DNA of 50,381 nucleotides from a virus (taxonomy: Duplodnaviria; Caudoviricetes), in the IMG/VR virus record IMGVR_UViG_3300046382_000018, positions 1 through 50,381 of that record; one strand, written 5' to 3'. Both the position numbers and the translations under genes were made by a program. Below are positions 1-10,271 of this stretch, piece after piece (position 1 is the first letter of the stretch; the number at the start of each line of letters is the position of its first letter). The notes under the pieces are model-generated. The model saw nothing but the letters and a program-made list of their open reading frames with translations. It was not told where the DNA came from and did not search any database.

Positions 1-503
1 GCTTCGATGACGCCATTTAGGAAGTCCTCGTAGGCCTTACGAATGATAACGTGCAGAACCCCTTTGTGGGTCAGCGCCCCTTTGGCCCCTACCTCGATGT
101 TCTGCCTTAGGAGATTGGCCTGTTCCTCTAGTTCCGCCCTGATGGCCGCCTGCATGGAGGCCATGTGCTCCTTGGCGTGATTTTCAATCGACTTGCGGGA
201 GATTTTAGGCTTATTCTCTTCGGCCGGAAGCTGTCTCTCGATCTGGCTGTAGCTGGTAGCTTTGACCAATTCCCGCTCGATGAACTGACGCCATGGTGAG
301 GTACATACACGACAGCGAGGCTCAGTGATGATCGGAGGGTTAAGCTGTTTTTCGGCAGCCTCGATCTCCAGCCTGGACTCTTCGCTGAACTGTCTCCTTA
401 AAGCCTCCCCGGAGGTTTTGTCGAGCACGGCACGACGCTTGGCACGCTCCTCATCGGAGACGCCAATCTCGACCTCCTTGCCACCTGTGTCGCTGATAAC
501 CAT
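1..503 (-). CDS. Hypothetical phage protein with CxxC motif (3' end outside window)
   Basis: ATG at 503 overlaps the upstream stop (TAATG); open to the window edge, MVISDTGG...EPRCRVCTSPWRQFIERELV; absent from the ORF track because it has no stop. Confidence 0.7.
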   Translation of the reverse strand, partial: MVISDTGGKEVEIGVSDEERAKRRAVLDKTSGEALRRQFSEESRLEIEAAEKQLNPPIITEPRCRVCTSPWRQFIERELVKATSYSQIERQLPAEENKPKISRKSIENHAKEHMASMQAAIRAELEEQANLLRQNIEVGAKGALTHKGVLHVIIRKAYEDFLNGVIE

Positions 504-1069
504 TATCGATAATAAGAGGCACCTGATTTGGTGCGCTGTTCCTGGGAGTTGATCTTCCTACCCTCGGGGTGGGAACGATTATACATCAAATGATCCGGAC
601 GACCCCAACGGTTCTTGTTAAAGGCAGAATCGGGAGTACCTGACTCCACCATAATCTCGCGTCGTTTACGAGAGGTGAGGTGGCTTTCGAAGAGAATCGG
701 ATTGGGGCCGTTGATGTTTCTCCTAGCGCCCTCCCCCTGGTACCACCGATGGCCTCTCTTGCAGCGCAATTCTGGGAAATCCAAATAGAGTTGATTGCCC
801 TCCTCGTCCACGAGAGGATTTTCCTGGTCATCAAACTGGGGAACCGATTCGATCTCTCCTGTTTCCTCCCCGTAGGGAAGCCCCATGATTCCCTCGGGAT
901 CTTTTTCCTTGCATTTGCGGCATAGCTCTCTGTCGGCATCCGCTTTGAGTAGCTTGTCAGCCTCTTCTTCTAACTCCAAAGAGGAGTACTTTCCCTGAGG
1001 GTCAAAGGGGGCGTCCTCAATGATCTCCTCTAGCTCCTCTATCCCATCAGTATTAATCGTTGTTGTCAT
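503..1069 (-). CDS. Hypothetical protein
   Basis: 188-aa ORF coupled to its neighbours; CRKC and CKRGH motifs. Confidence 0.7.
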   Translation of the reverse strand: MTTTINTDGIEELEEIIEDAPFDPQGKYSSLELEEEADKLLKADADRELCRKCKEKDPEGIMGLPYGEETGEIESVPQFDDQENPLVDEEGNQLYLDFPELRCKRGHRWYQGEGARRNINGPNPILFESHLTSRKRREIMVESGTPDSAFNKNRWGRPDHLMYNRSHPEGRKINSQEQRTKSGASYYR

Positions 1070-1469
1070 TTTTCTCCGCGAAGTACTTCTTCGCCAGTTG
1101 CAAAACCCCTGCGTCTACGTATTGGCCAACCGAGACTGTAGTGATGCCCATGATTTGGGCAACGTCCTTTTGCTTCTTATCTAATATCACATTGTGATAG
1201 ATAGCCTCCCGCTTACGGGGGGCCAATTCCTTTAACGCACTGTGGAGATCCCAAAAGGAGATTTCGACTGTCTCCTTCTGCTTTTCTCCGTCCTCATTCC
1301 ACCAGTAATAGCTATGGTCCAAGATGTGCTTCCGTCCGTCCGCTCCTCCCAATAATCCATATCCCATGACAAGTTCACGGAACTCAATGTAATGCCTCAG
1401 TACCTCCCGAAGGATCCTATGCGGAGGTATGGGCGCTGTAAGTTTGTCACTCTTATTTTCTGTTGACAT
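1053..1469 (-). CDS. Sigma-70 region 4-like HTH protein
   Basis: ALKELAPRKREAI...KQKDVAQIMGITTVSV matches the sigma region 4 HTH pattern. Confidence 0.7.
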   Translation of the reverse strand: MSTENKSDKLTAPIPPHRILREVLRHYIEFRELVMGYGLLGGADGRKHILDHSYYWWNEDGEKQKETVEISFWDLHSALKELAPRKREAIYHNVILDKKQKDVAQIMGITTVSVGQYVDAGVLQLAKKYFAEKNDNND

Positions 1470-1499
1470 ACACCACTATATTAACACATTCACTACCTA

Positions 1500-2006
1500 T
1501 TATGTAGTGTACCCGAGAGTAAACAAACCAATAGCTAATGCATCAGTGGGCTCGAAGACTTTCGTTTTACCGTATAGCTCCTGAACCTCGGGTATCAGAG
1601 AGCAGACACCATTACGAACCTGGGTTTTGGTGACACTCTTAGAATTGCCCCTAATGGCAATGTGCTTCTGAACAGTACGCGCAGAGACCTGAGAGGTTTC
1701 AATCCCCATTGCGAGAGCCATGGCGTGTACGGTCACACACATGACGAGAGCCAGGTAACCCTGGCTAAAGTCATTCATGCCATAGACGGGGACCGTCTCG
1801 GTGACCACACAAGTGGGCGAGTATTCCTCTAGAAGCTCAGCGGTGCGACCAACCCAATAATTGGTTAATCGCATCCGATATCCCTGATAGGTCTCGTCAG
1901 ACCTCCGAGGTAATTCTTCCAAGCCCGAGTCAACGTACTCGGGACCCGCTTCTAAGACAGCCCAACCAGCACGTTTAGCCCCAGGATCAAAACTAAGTAC
2001 CCTCAT
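1500..2006 (-). CDS. ruvC: RuvC-like Holliday junction resolvase
   Basis: VLSFDPG..GWAV, VVTE, KTQV and DALAIG motifs. Confidence 0.8.
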   Translation of the reverse strand: MRVLSFDPGAKRAGWAVLEAGPEYVDSGLEELPRRSDETYQGYRMRLTNYWVGRTAELLEEYSPTCVVTETVPVYGMNDFSQGYLALVMCVTVHAMALAMGIETSQVSARTVQKHIAIRGNSKSVTKTQVRNGVCSLIPEVQELYGKTKVFEPTDALAIGLFTLGYTT

Positions 2007-2763
2007 ATGGTCCAGAGAAGGGCAGAATTGGTTCGACGTGTTCTAGGGGCATAGAACCCTCGGAGATGCAGCGGCTTACGAATTCCCACTTCTCATAAAT
2101 GAGATCGATGAGCGGCTGATTCCTCACGAAGATTATCTCCTTGAAATCGTGAGGGGTGTCCTTGTTAATGCAGAGAAGCATGGCCCGCTCCTCATTGAAG
2201 AAGTCCATGTAGATGTTTATCTGGGCCTCGTATTTGCCAGCAAACATTTCCGGCAATGCCGCTTGTTTAAACGACCCACTACCCATAGTCTTGAAATCCA
2301 CGATGCCTTTCCAGCCTCGTGGTAGCTCAATGGGAGCCACATCTCCTGAGCCTATTGCGAACTGATAAGGCTTACATTTTCTGTGATACCAAGTTCGGAC
2401 ACCCTTGCGCTCAATTGCGTCAGGCTCACAGAATTCAAGCTTCTCAAGCACGATGTGCTGAAGGAACTGATGCCAGTAGTGACCCACCATCATGGCCTTC
2501 TGAGGGAGAATCAACCGAGGGGGTTCATCACTCAGAGTCTTGGTGGCCTGCTTGTATAGCTGCTCAACCGTAGGCGTACAATCACCGGAGGGATGCCAGG
2601 CAGGAACAACATCAGCCTTCTTGGGCTCGTAATCGAACTTAAATGGCTCATCGAATTCCTGGATGGCTTTATCCAGGTAGGGGGCCAACTTCTCCTTCTT
2701 GGACAGGCTCATGACCAGCTTGCTCTTATCCAGCTTCTTCATATCGTTTCTCCCTGAGGGCAT
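1993..2763 (-). CDS. Cas4-like/PD-(D/E)XK exonuclease
   Basis: HPS, G.YWH, GSGD, VDFKT and Q.NIY motifs. Confidence 0.7.
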   Translation of the reverse strand: MPSGRNDMKKLDKSKLVMSLSKKEKLAPYLDKAIQEFDEPFKFDYEPKKADVVPAWHPSGDCTPTVEQLYKQATKTLSDEPPRLILPQKAMMVGHYWHQFLQHIVLEKLEFCEPDAIERKGVRTWYHRKCKPYQFAIGSGDVAPIELPRGWKGIVDFKTMGSGSFKQAALPEMFAGKYEAQINIYMDFFNEERAMLLCINKDTPHDFKEIIFVRNQPLIDLIYEKWEFVSRCISEGSMPLEHVEPILPFSGPYEGT

Positions 2764-3100
2764 CCTCGCTCGCTCTTCTAACCGTTAGATCTATGTAACC
2801 AGACGGGTCGGACAGAATGCTCTCGGGGTCGTAAAACCTGAATGCCAGCACCGGATCTCGACCCTCCGCGTAGGCCTCGTGGGTGATCTTCTCGAAGTCC
2901 TTGACCCAGGCAGGCGGCTTCCTCGGTTTGTTGGTTGTTCCCTTGCTCATCTTGCACTCGATTAATACATGTTTGGCCCGCACATCCCCCGCGTCATTGT
3001 CCGCAGCGCCCGAAGACTTGGAGCGTCTGCCCCTAAAGAGACGAGCGAGATGTTCCTCCTGCTCCACAGACAGGGCCTTGGTGCTACCCCTCTTGGCCAA
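2726..3100 (-). CDS. PD-(D/E)XK endonuclease (Hjc-like resolvase)
   Basis: E..LA...G.R...SGA...GDV...LIECK motif. Confidence 0.6.
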   Translation of the reverse strand: MAKRGSTKALSVEQEEHLARLFRGRRSKSSGAADNDAGDVRAKHVLIECKMSKGTTNKPRKPPAWVKDFEKITHEAYAEGRDPVLAFRFYDPESILSDPSGYIDLTVRRASEDALREKRYEEAG

Positions 3101-3347
3101 AGAACTCCCTCAGCTTCTTGCGGCCCTCGATGATCGACTCTTCATCAAACCAAATGCCATCGGGGTCCTCTGTTTCATTTAATCCCAAGCTGTAGACTTT
3201 ATCTTCGTCATCCACCCCGACATTTAAAGCCATACCAAAGTGGTGAAGAACAGATTGGTTTACCAAAAAGAGGAGTCCTGAGTCCAATAGCTTCTGAGCT
3301 AGATTTGTCCCGGTAATGGGCTCATAATTCTCAACTGTCTTCCACAT
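3084..3347 (-). CDS. Hypothetical protein
   Basis: 87-aa ORF within the operon. Confidence 0.65.
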   Translation of the reverse strand: MWKTVENYEPITGTNLAQKLLDSGLLFLVNQSVLHHFGMALNVGVDDEDKVYSLGLNETEDPDGIWFDEESIIEGRKKLREFFGQEG

Positions 3348-4412
3348 TTAGTTTTCCTTTGCTAGTGCAATCTCTCGGTTAAGCATTCGCTCCATAACTT
3401 CTTTGCGAATCACATCTACAATCTTTGGTTCTTCCTCGATGAACTCAGCTAGGGCTTTCTTGCCCTGGAGTTTTCCCTTTGGGAAGTCTTGATGGTTCAG
3501 CCAGGCTCCAGCTTTCTGTAACACACCCGTCACTAACGATGTGGCGATTACGTCACCAACCTTGTCCACACCTAGGCCATACTCCTCAGTCTCGATATTG
3601 AAGAAGGTGAACGCGGCGTTCTTGTCTGCTGCCTGGGCCATCTTGTTCTTCTTAAAGGCGCAGATCAATTCCCTACCTACCACGACGGGTTTAGGATCAC
3701 CGTCTAGCTTGAGGGTGTATTTCTCCTTGCCTGGCTTAAGTTGGATACGAATCTGGGCATGATGTTTGAGGGCTTCACCACCGGGAGACTCGTGGAAGGT
3801 CTGCCCCGTGCGTGACTGACCGGCCTGACGCTGCTGGTTGATGATGAGAAGGCCCTGGTTGTTCTTGTAGAGCCTGGGGATCGTGGCGTTTAAACCACTA
3901 GTGATTACCCCGGAGGCTCCATAGGCCTTCTTCTTGCCGCCCTCTTCGGTCTCAGAACGGGAGGCCATCGCGCCGATGGAGTCAACCATGATGTAATCCA
4001 CAAGGCCCCCGTAGACCCATTCGTGAAGCATCTCGAATGCCTCCTCGGCATTATCGGGGTGCCCCACAATTAGGATCTCGGGATCCAGGCCATGGAGTTT
4101 CTGCGCCCAGCCCTTATCAAAATGAGGCTCCATGGCAATGATGCCTGGAAGCTTTCCCTGGCGCTGTACGTTGGCTAGAACCCCGTATCCGAGGGCGCTA
4201 GTCTTACCCAGGCCGTTGGATCCGAATAGCTCGACCATCTGGCCGTAGGGAAAGCCTCCAATGCCGAGCTTGTAGTCAAGCATCAGGGAGGGGGTGGGCA
4301 CGACATTAAGCTCATAGTGCTCGTTGCCGACAATGGCAGACTTGTCTCCAAACTTGTCTACCGTGATGTTCTTGGCGTCTTCCGCTCTCTTCTTCAGTGC
4401 TGCATTACTCAT
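3348..4412 (-). CDS. recA: RecA/UvsX-like recombinase
   Basis: ELFGSNGLGKT Walker A, VDSIGAM, INQQR, PGGEALKH, KNK. Confidence 0.9.
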   Translation of the reverse strand: MSNAALKKRAEDAKNITVDKFGDKSAIVGNEHYELNVVPTPSLMLDYKLGIGGFPYGQMVELFGSNGLGKTSALGYGVLANVQRQGKLPGIIAMEPHFDKGWAQKLHGLDPEILIVGHPDNAEEAFEMLHEWVYGGLVDYIMVDSIGAMASRSETEEGGKKKAYGASGVITSGLNATIPRLYKNNQGLLIINQQRQAGQSRTGQTFHESPGGEALKHHAQIRIQLKPGKEKYTLKLDGDPKPVVVGRELICAFKKNKMAQAADKNAAFTFFNIETEEYGLGVDKVGDVIATSLVTGVLQKAGAWLNHQDFPKGKLQGKKALAEFIEEEPKIVDVIRKEVMERMLNREIALAKEN

Positions 4413-7400
4413 TTAGTGTGAACCCATCCTCAAAGTGGTAGCTCTCTCCCCAGCGATCATTGGGGGCAGTGTGTCTGATGGTGAATACTCCGGTGTTGCG
4501 CAGCTTGAAGAGGAATTTGTACTTTTTCCACTTATTAGAAAAGCATACGAAGGTAAGCTCTTTATCCTCATACTCGATAGTTACTATTCCCATTGCTGCG
4601 CCACTGGCTTTCACCTTTGTGGGGCGTATATCTGTAATTGTACCAGCTAATCTGTATTGTATGAACCTTTTGTCAGGTGGAGTATCGCCCCATTCATAGT
4701 CATCTTCCTTCTCCTGCCAAGGGGTAACGGCTTCCTCGTAGGTGTCACACTCCTCTAGGACATCGGGGTGGGAGGCGAAGATTTCCTCGGAGTTATCAGA
4801 CACGATGACCCCTAGGTATTCAAGCTCAAGCTTCTGCTTCTCCCTAAGGGCAATGTCTCGCTCGCCCAAGCGGTCCCAGGCCCCGGCGTCATAGAGGCAA
4901 GCGATCTTCTTCTGATTGATCTGCTGCTTGGGGGACTTCAGTGCTGCGACCGACTCTCCCTGGGCGGCTTTCTCTTTCTTCGCCTTTAGGAACTCGTCGT
5001 TAATCTCCTCAAGCTGAAGACAGAAACTCTCAGGGGTGGAGACATCTAGGTTCTCCTCGTCTCGCAGTTGAACCACATACTTGCCGCTCACGCCCACGTT
5101 GCTCACATCACCGAAGCCGAAGTAGATGGCCGTGTCATGGACGGCCACTCGATCCATGGAGTACTCAATGTCAGGAGGATTGACCTTGATTTTTTTACGC
5201 TTAGCCTCACGGATATATTTAGGCATTAGCTCGGCCTTTTTCTGTTGCTCCACAGTCCTGATGCAGGCGATGTAGAACTCCTCGGCGGCATAGAACTTGG
5301 CCACCAGGCAGCGGAAGCCAATCACGGCGTAACAGATAGCGTGGGCCTTGTTGAAGGAGTAGGAGGCGAAGTCCTCAATCTCTTCCCAGACTTCTTTAGC
5401 CACCTCTTCGGTGAAGCCCTTAGATTCTGCAAGCGAGAGGAAGCTTTTATCCTTCCATTCCTTCTTGCCCTCCCAGATATCGTTAAGCTTCTGCGGTTCC
5501 TTCTTGCCCAGGATTTTACGCATGAAGTCTGCCTCGCCTAGGGTGTAGCCGAGCGCACTCATGAAGTTAAGGATCTGCTCTTGGTACACGAACAGCCCAT
5601 AGGTGTTGCCTAGGATGGGTTCAAGGATAGGGTGGTGAAATACGACCGGACTACGGCCCTCTTTACGGGCAATGTACTCATCACGATCAGGCCCCGGACG
5701 GTTAAGGGCTACCAGGATGCCTAGATCCTCCACAGAACGAGGCTTTAGCTGTTCGGTTAGCTGCTTAGCCGCCTGTGTCTCGATCTGAAAGAGGCCAGCC
5801 ACATAGCCTTCGTCTAATAGGTCCCACATCTCATCCGGGAACTTTTCCTTATCCATCCCGGACCAGTTAATCTCAATTCCTTTTTCTTTAAGCTGGATGG
5901 TCCACTCGGATATGGTGTCGAGGGTCTTGAGGCCCAGCACATCTAGCTTGACCAGCTTCAGCGCATCGATGACATCCATGGGGAACATCGTTGCTGGAAT
6001 TCCCTCCACCTTTCCTCCCCGTAGATAGGAGGGTGCGTAGTCATCGAGGTCAATGTCAGAGATGACGATGCCCGAAGCGTGGATTCCGTAGTTGGAGTTG
6101 CGGGAACAGGCATGTTCACACATCTCGATGAAAATTCGACGGTGGTAATAGCCATCAATCCACTTCTCGATCTCCTCACCTACATCCTCCTTCACGTAAT
6201 AGCGCTTGCCTGGCTCTAGCTCAGGGTTCCAACCGATCTGCTTGTAGCCGTGGATTTCAATCTTCTCGGTCTTCTTAACAATGGCCTTGATTTCCTTCTC
6301 CTCTTCAAAGGAAATACCGAAGGGCTTCTTAAGCTTGTCAATGACTGCAATAGGCTTCATCCTAATCACTGTGCCGATAGAGGAGACACGGTGCTCACCC
6401 CATCGTTCGATTAGATATTCCCTAATGTCTTCCCTTCGGGAACGGGGGAAGTCAGAATCGATATCAGGGAAGCCATCTGTACGGCCAGGGTTCCAGAAGC
6501 GCTCGAAGTAGAGGTCATAGTAGAGGGGATCTACATCGGTGATCCCAAGCGCATAAGCCACAATACATCCAGCAGAGGATCCTCGGCCTGGTCCCCTGTC
6601 AATGTCTTCCTTATCGCAAAACTGCATGAGATCCCAGGCCAGTAGGAAGTAATGCTCTAGGCCGTCTGCCATCAGGGCTTCCATCTCCATGGTGGCTCGC
6701 TCCCAAGCAGCATCCTCCTGATCGGTGCCTCCATATTTTGCCTCAATCCCTTTCTCTACAAGAGAAATGAAGAGATCGGTGGCACTCGTATCCTCTTCAA
6801 CCCACGGGCAATCCTTGGGCACAAACACGGGGAGATGGGGGCGGTCTACTCCGGGCAGATGGGCGTTGGCTTCTTCACCTATCTGATAGGTATTCTGAAT
6901 AGCTTCGTCAACTACCGCATCAGGTAGATAATGAAGAGCTTCGCGTACTGTGGCCTCATCCTTGATGCAGACGGCACCAGGAGGGTGGTACTGCTTGCGC
7001 TCATCGATGGGAGTGAAATAGGACTGACCTGTTTGGGCAGCCAGGTAGAGGTCGTGCTGCTCGAACTGCTCCGGGAAGGCATAGTGTCCATCATCTCCGT
7101 AGGTGATAGGAATGCCTCGCTCCTGTGCCGCGTCTACCAGTAGTTCATTAACGATAGCTGGAGTAACAGGATCGTCTGAATCATTGTCAGACCAATCGGC
7201 GTCACCGGGATAGGTGGTGATCTCGATACGGAAGTTATCTCCCAGGTTATTTAGATACCAATTCAGATGGGTGGTGTCGCCCTGGAGGAGGCCCTGAGGA
7301 ACCAGTCCTAGAGGACATGCGGAGGTAAATAGGATCCCCTCCTTGTACCTGACAATATCCTCATTGGAAACTCGTCCCACATTGTGAAATTTCTCTCGTT

Positions 7401-7713
7401 GGGCCGTCGAGTTGACCAGCCTCCAGAGATTACGCAACCCTTCGTCCGTCATAGCAAGAGCGATGAGGTGGGCCTGGTCTCGCTTCTTGCCTTTTTTCTC
7501 CTCATAATCAATCCCGTGGTATAGCTCGCAGCCGAACACGGGATTAATGCCACGCTTACGCATGGCCTTATCGAAGTCAATGTGACCAGAGATCACGCCA
7601 TGATCGGTCAGCCCACAGAAGGGGCAGCCAATCTGAAGCATGCGATCTCCGATCTCGTCAACAGAACTCCAACCGTCAAGACTACTGAATTCCGAATGCA
7701 CATGAAGACTCAT
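4405..7713 (-). CDS. dnaE: DNA polymerase III alpha subunit
   Basis: PHP motifs LHVHSEFSSLDG and TDHG; GPGRGSSAG, PDIDSD, KLDVLGL, FNKAHA. Confidence 0.95.
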   Translation of the reverse strand: MSLHVHSEFSSLDGWSSVDEIGDRMLQIGCPFCGLTDHGVISGHIDFDKAMRKRGINPVFGCELYHGIDYEEKKGKKRDQAHLIALAMTDEGLRNLWRLVNSTAQREKFHNVGRVSNEDIVRYKEGILFTSACPLGLVPQGLLQGDTTHLNWYLNNLGDNFRIEITTYPGDADWSDNDSDDPVTPAIVNELLVDAAQERGIPITYGDDGHYAFPEQFEQHDLYLAAQTGQSYFTPIDERKQYHPPGAVCIKDEATVREALHYLPDAVVDEAIQNTYQIGEEANAHLPGVDRPHLPVFVPKDCPWVEEDTSATDLFISLVEKGIEAKYGGTDQEDAAWERATMEMEALMADGLEHYFLLAWDLMQFCDKEDIDRGPGRGSSAGCIVAYALGITDVDPLYYDLYFERFWNPGRTDGFPDIDSDFPRSRREDIREYLIERWGEHRVSSIGTVIRMKPIAVIDKLKKPFGISFEEEKEIKAIVKKTEKIEIHGYKQIGWNPELEPGKRYYVKEDVGEEIEKWIDGYYHRRIFIEMCEHACSRNSNYGIHASGIVISDIDLDDYAPSYLRGGKVEGIPATMFPMDVIDALKLVKLDVLGLKTLDTISEWTIQLKEKGIEINWSGMDKEKFPDEMWDLLDEGYVAGLFQIETQAAKQLTEQLKPRSVEDLGILVALNRPGPDRDEYIARKEGRSPVVFHHPILEPILGNTYGLFVYQEQILNFMSALGYTLGEADFMRKILGKKEPQKLNDIWEGKKEWKDKSFLSLAESKGFTEEVAKEVWEEIEDFASYSFNKAHAICYAVIGFRCLVAKFYAAEEFYIACIRTVEQQKKAELMPKYIREAKRKKIKVNPPDIEYSMDRVAVHDTAIYFGFGDVSNVGVSGKYVVQLRDEENLDVSTPESFCLQLEEINDEFLKAKKEKAAQGESVAALKSPKQQINQKKIACLYDAGAWDRLGERDIALREKQKLELEYLGVIVSDNSEEIFASHPDVLEECDTYEEAVTPWQEKEDDYEWGDTPPDKRFIQYRLAGTITDIRPTKVKASGAAMGIVTIEYEDKELTFVCFSNKWKKYKFLFKLRNTGVFTIRHTAPNDRWGESYHFEDGFTLNE

Positions 7714-8000
7714 TAACGGTCATCCCAATAGCTAATCTCTACCCTGATCGTTTCGAGGATTCGGGCAAAGATGGCATCGAGGGAATCCGAATCCTCGAAT
7801 TTAATTAGCCCATGTTCGCGCCAAGAGTTAATCTCCTTGGCTATCTGGGGGTTTGCTTTATCAAATCTCATGTTACCTCTCCTGTGAAATTGATTTCAAA
7901 GTTATCACCCTTGCGAAGAATGAAGTGTTTGCCTTCGAAGCAAATCGTCACAGTCTTCCTATCAATTTTAACGACTTCAATCTTGGTGTTTCGCTCTAGT

Positions 8001-8207
8001 CTAGCTCGTAAGCCGGTACTCATATGCCGTCGAACCTTTCATTTTCCGTTTCTCGATTGGCCATTTATACTCGTAACGTAACTCTCGTACCCGCTTAAGT
8101 CCCTCAGATCCACCAACCTCCTTGGAGGCGATTTCATATCCGGGAATCCATTGCCCTTCTCGTTCTGTTAGAAATTCAGCCACCTTGATGAGACGATTAG
8201 TGTTCAT
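8001..8207 (-). CDS. Small HTH-like protein
   Basis: 68 aa; GSEGLKRVRELR...YEYRL pattern. Confidence 0.55.
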   Translation of the reverse strand: MNTNRLIKVAEFLTEREGQWIPGYEIASKEVGGSEGLKRVRELRYEYKWPIEKRKMKGSTAYEYRLTS

Positions 8208-8622
8208 TTTTGCGTGCTTTGCTAGCTAGCTTATCTACCATGTCATTGTAGAGACTGTCACCGTGGCCCTTAACCCAGATCCACTCGACGTACTCATGGC
8301 GATTGACAGCCGCATCTAGTTCTTCCCATAGATCGAGATTGGCTTTACGTTTGTACTCGCCCGTAAAGCCTCGACCCACTAGCTGACTATCACAGTAGAC
8401 GAGTACTACACATTCGCCTAGCGCATCAGCTAGTGAGTTAAGGCCCTCAATCCATGCCTGCATCTCCATCCGGTTGTTGGTGGTCTCTGATGCTCGCCCT
8501 GATTCAGAGACCACCCCGGTGAATGCGTCGATGGCTGCCCAAGCCCAGCCTCCGGAACCATCCTGGTCCCAAGCTGAGCCGTCAGTAAAGAGAGCTACAC
8601 CCTTCTCCTTATTCAAATCCAT
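8197..8622 (-). CDS. rnhA: Ribonuclease HI
   Basis: FTDGS, TTNNRME, DSQ, WVKGH and N..VD.LA motifs. Confidence 0.9.
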   Translation of the reverse strand: MDLNKEKGVALFTDGSAWDQDGSGGWAWAAIDAFTGVVSESGRASETTNNRMEMQAWIEGLNSLADALGECVVLVYCDSQLVGRGFTGEYKRKANLDLWEELDAAVNRHEYVEWIWVKGHGDSLYNDMVDKLASKARKNEH

Positions 8623-9085
8623 ACTCTGCCAACTCTTTTTCGATTACATCTTTTGGGAGAGTTTGCAAACCCCAACGGAGCATATTTAGAGCACAATCGC
8701 TACGATGCATCTTGGCCATATGTTCTGCGTTGGAAGAAAACAATTGTAAATTCTCTATTCGGTCGTCGGCTGAATCCTGGTTTATATGGTGAACCACCTC
8801 GGAAGGGGTTAGTGCCCTGCCTAAATGGTTCATCATTACAACTCTTGCCCATGATTCAGGTTTGGTCCAATCTCGGGTGGTTACCCACCACCTTCCTTGA
8901 TTTTTAAACCAAACTCTTTTTCCTTTAGATTTGAAATTATGTCCATTTATAAAGCGTTTAGGGAGCCCCTTCACCATGTTCTTTTTGCGATCAGTATATG
9001 GAGACAGAGGGGTAAGCTCTCCGCACCCACATTCGCATTTTCCATTGTTTTTATTTGGGATTAGGTTTGTAGATTCCATACCCAT
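8609..9085 (-). CDS. HNH homing endonuclease
   Basis: CECGCG N-terminus; VHHINQDSADDRIENL..SN.EH; more AT-rich than its neighbours. Confidence 0.85.
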   Translation of the reverse strand: MGMESTNLIPNKNNGKCECGCGELTPLSPYTDRKKNMVKGLPKRFINGHNFKSKGKRVWFKNQGRWWVTTRDWTKPESWARVVMMNHLGRALTPSEVVHHINQDSADDRIENLQLFSSNAEHMAKMHRSDCALNMLRWGLQTLPKDVIEKELAEYGFE

Positions 9086-9151
9086 TAAGGTACGGATACC
9101 TCTACAAACCTAACCCTCTATAAATGGCACCTTTTGTGGCACCGAGATCCA

Positions 9152-10189
9152 CTACGCTGCTTTGGCTTTAGCTTTTTTCTCTTTTTTGGCAGCCGTGCGC
9201 TTACGCAGAGCGGCTAGGCGATCCTCCCTAGGGGAGTCGGCGTTAACCTCCTCTTTCTCCTGGGCAGGCTCGTCCTCTGGCTCCTCGGCGGCTGCTTTGC
9301 TGCGGCGCTGGGAAGGACGGCTAGCTTTGGTAGCTCCTTTTTTCTCACTCTTCTTTTTGGAGTTACCAAACTTGTCCATCGATTCATTGACCTCGCTGAA
9401 TAGCTCCTCGTATCGCTCAGGATCAAGGATCTCTTCACAGCGCTTGTCAAGGAGAACTTCTCCAATGACACCCGCTGCCTCAAGGGGCTCTAGGCCATCG
9501 ATTTTCTCCAGCACGTCATCCAGATCTTCTCCCAAGTACCCAATACCATCCACGTACTCAAGTAGGTTGGTGAGATCTGGCTCGATGGTGTCATAGCCAT
9601 CGATCTGATAGGTGGTGTTCGAATCCTTTCCGATTCGCTTCACCCTCACAGGTGTTTCATGGACAGGCCAATCCGTGTCGTCACATGAGCGAAGAACGTT
9701 GAAGAAGTTCTTGGGGGACTGAGTAACCACACCAATTACTGGCGCGATGACATCTTCAGTCTCGTCCGTGGCCTCTCCGGTCTCCTCGTCAACTACTTTG
9801 CGAGAGAATTCTTCCGTCTTGACCTCGAAACCCTTAGCCTTGCGGCGACCACCAACGACCTCCACGATGGGCTCAAGTTCAACAGCGATGGCTACGTTCT
9901 TTAGGCGCGGAGTTGCGTCCCACTCCTTAACGAAGCTATCAGTCTTCTCATCGAAGTACGGATCCGTCTTAGCGACCGCCATCTCCGGGTACCCACGCTC
10001 AGTAGGAATGAACTCAATCATGTCAAACTGAGGTGACTGATCCACAGGGTTCAGGATGAGAAGGTAACGTTCCTCCCCGTCCTCCTTCCAGAAGATACTT
10101 TTCAGGAAGGGCTTAAAGTCCCCGCCTCTTCCAGAAGATTTCTGGGCCTCATCGATTGCGGCCTTGCCGCGTCGAATAGTTCCTGGCAT
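9152..10189 (-). CDS. Putative single-stranded DNA-binding protein
   Basis: Lies in the replication module; KRIGKDSNTTY motif; long charged tail. Confidence 0.5.
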   Translation of the reverse strand: MPGTIRRGKAAIDEAQKSSGRGGDFKPFLKSIFWKEDGEERYLLILNPVDQSPQFDMIEFIPTERGYPEMAVAKTDPYFDEKTDSFVKEWDATPRLKNVAIAVELEPIVEVVGGRRKAKGFEVKTEEFSRKVVDEETGEATDETEDVIAPVIGVVTQSPKNFFNVLRSCDDTDWPVHETPVRVKRIGKDSNTTYQIDGYDTIEPDLTNLLEYVDGIGYLGEDLDDVLEKIDGLEPLEAAGVIGEVLLDKRCEEILDPERYEELFSEVNESMDKFGNSKKKSEKKGATKASRPSQRRSKAAAEEPEDEPAQEKEEVNADSPREDRLAALRKRTAAKKEKKAKAKAA

Positions 10190-10271
10190 TTCTTTTCCTT
10201 TGTTTTGGGCGATTGGCGCGATACGTAGATCGCAATGTGCCCTATTTGATCTGAGTGTAACAGTGAATCAG

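Noticed and set aside
128-310. 60-aa minus-strand ORF
   Set aside because: It is an alternative frame inside the longer gene running from 503 off the window edge
1993-2763. Cas4 as evidence of a CRISPR system
   Set aside because: A solo Cas4-like nuclease in a recombination operon is common in phages; there is no array or other cas gene
3348-7713. Inteins or introns in recA/dnaE
   Set aside because: Both proteins have normal lengths and no splice-junction motifs were seen
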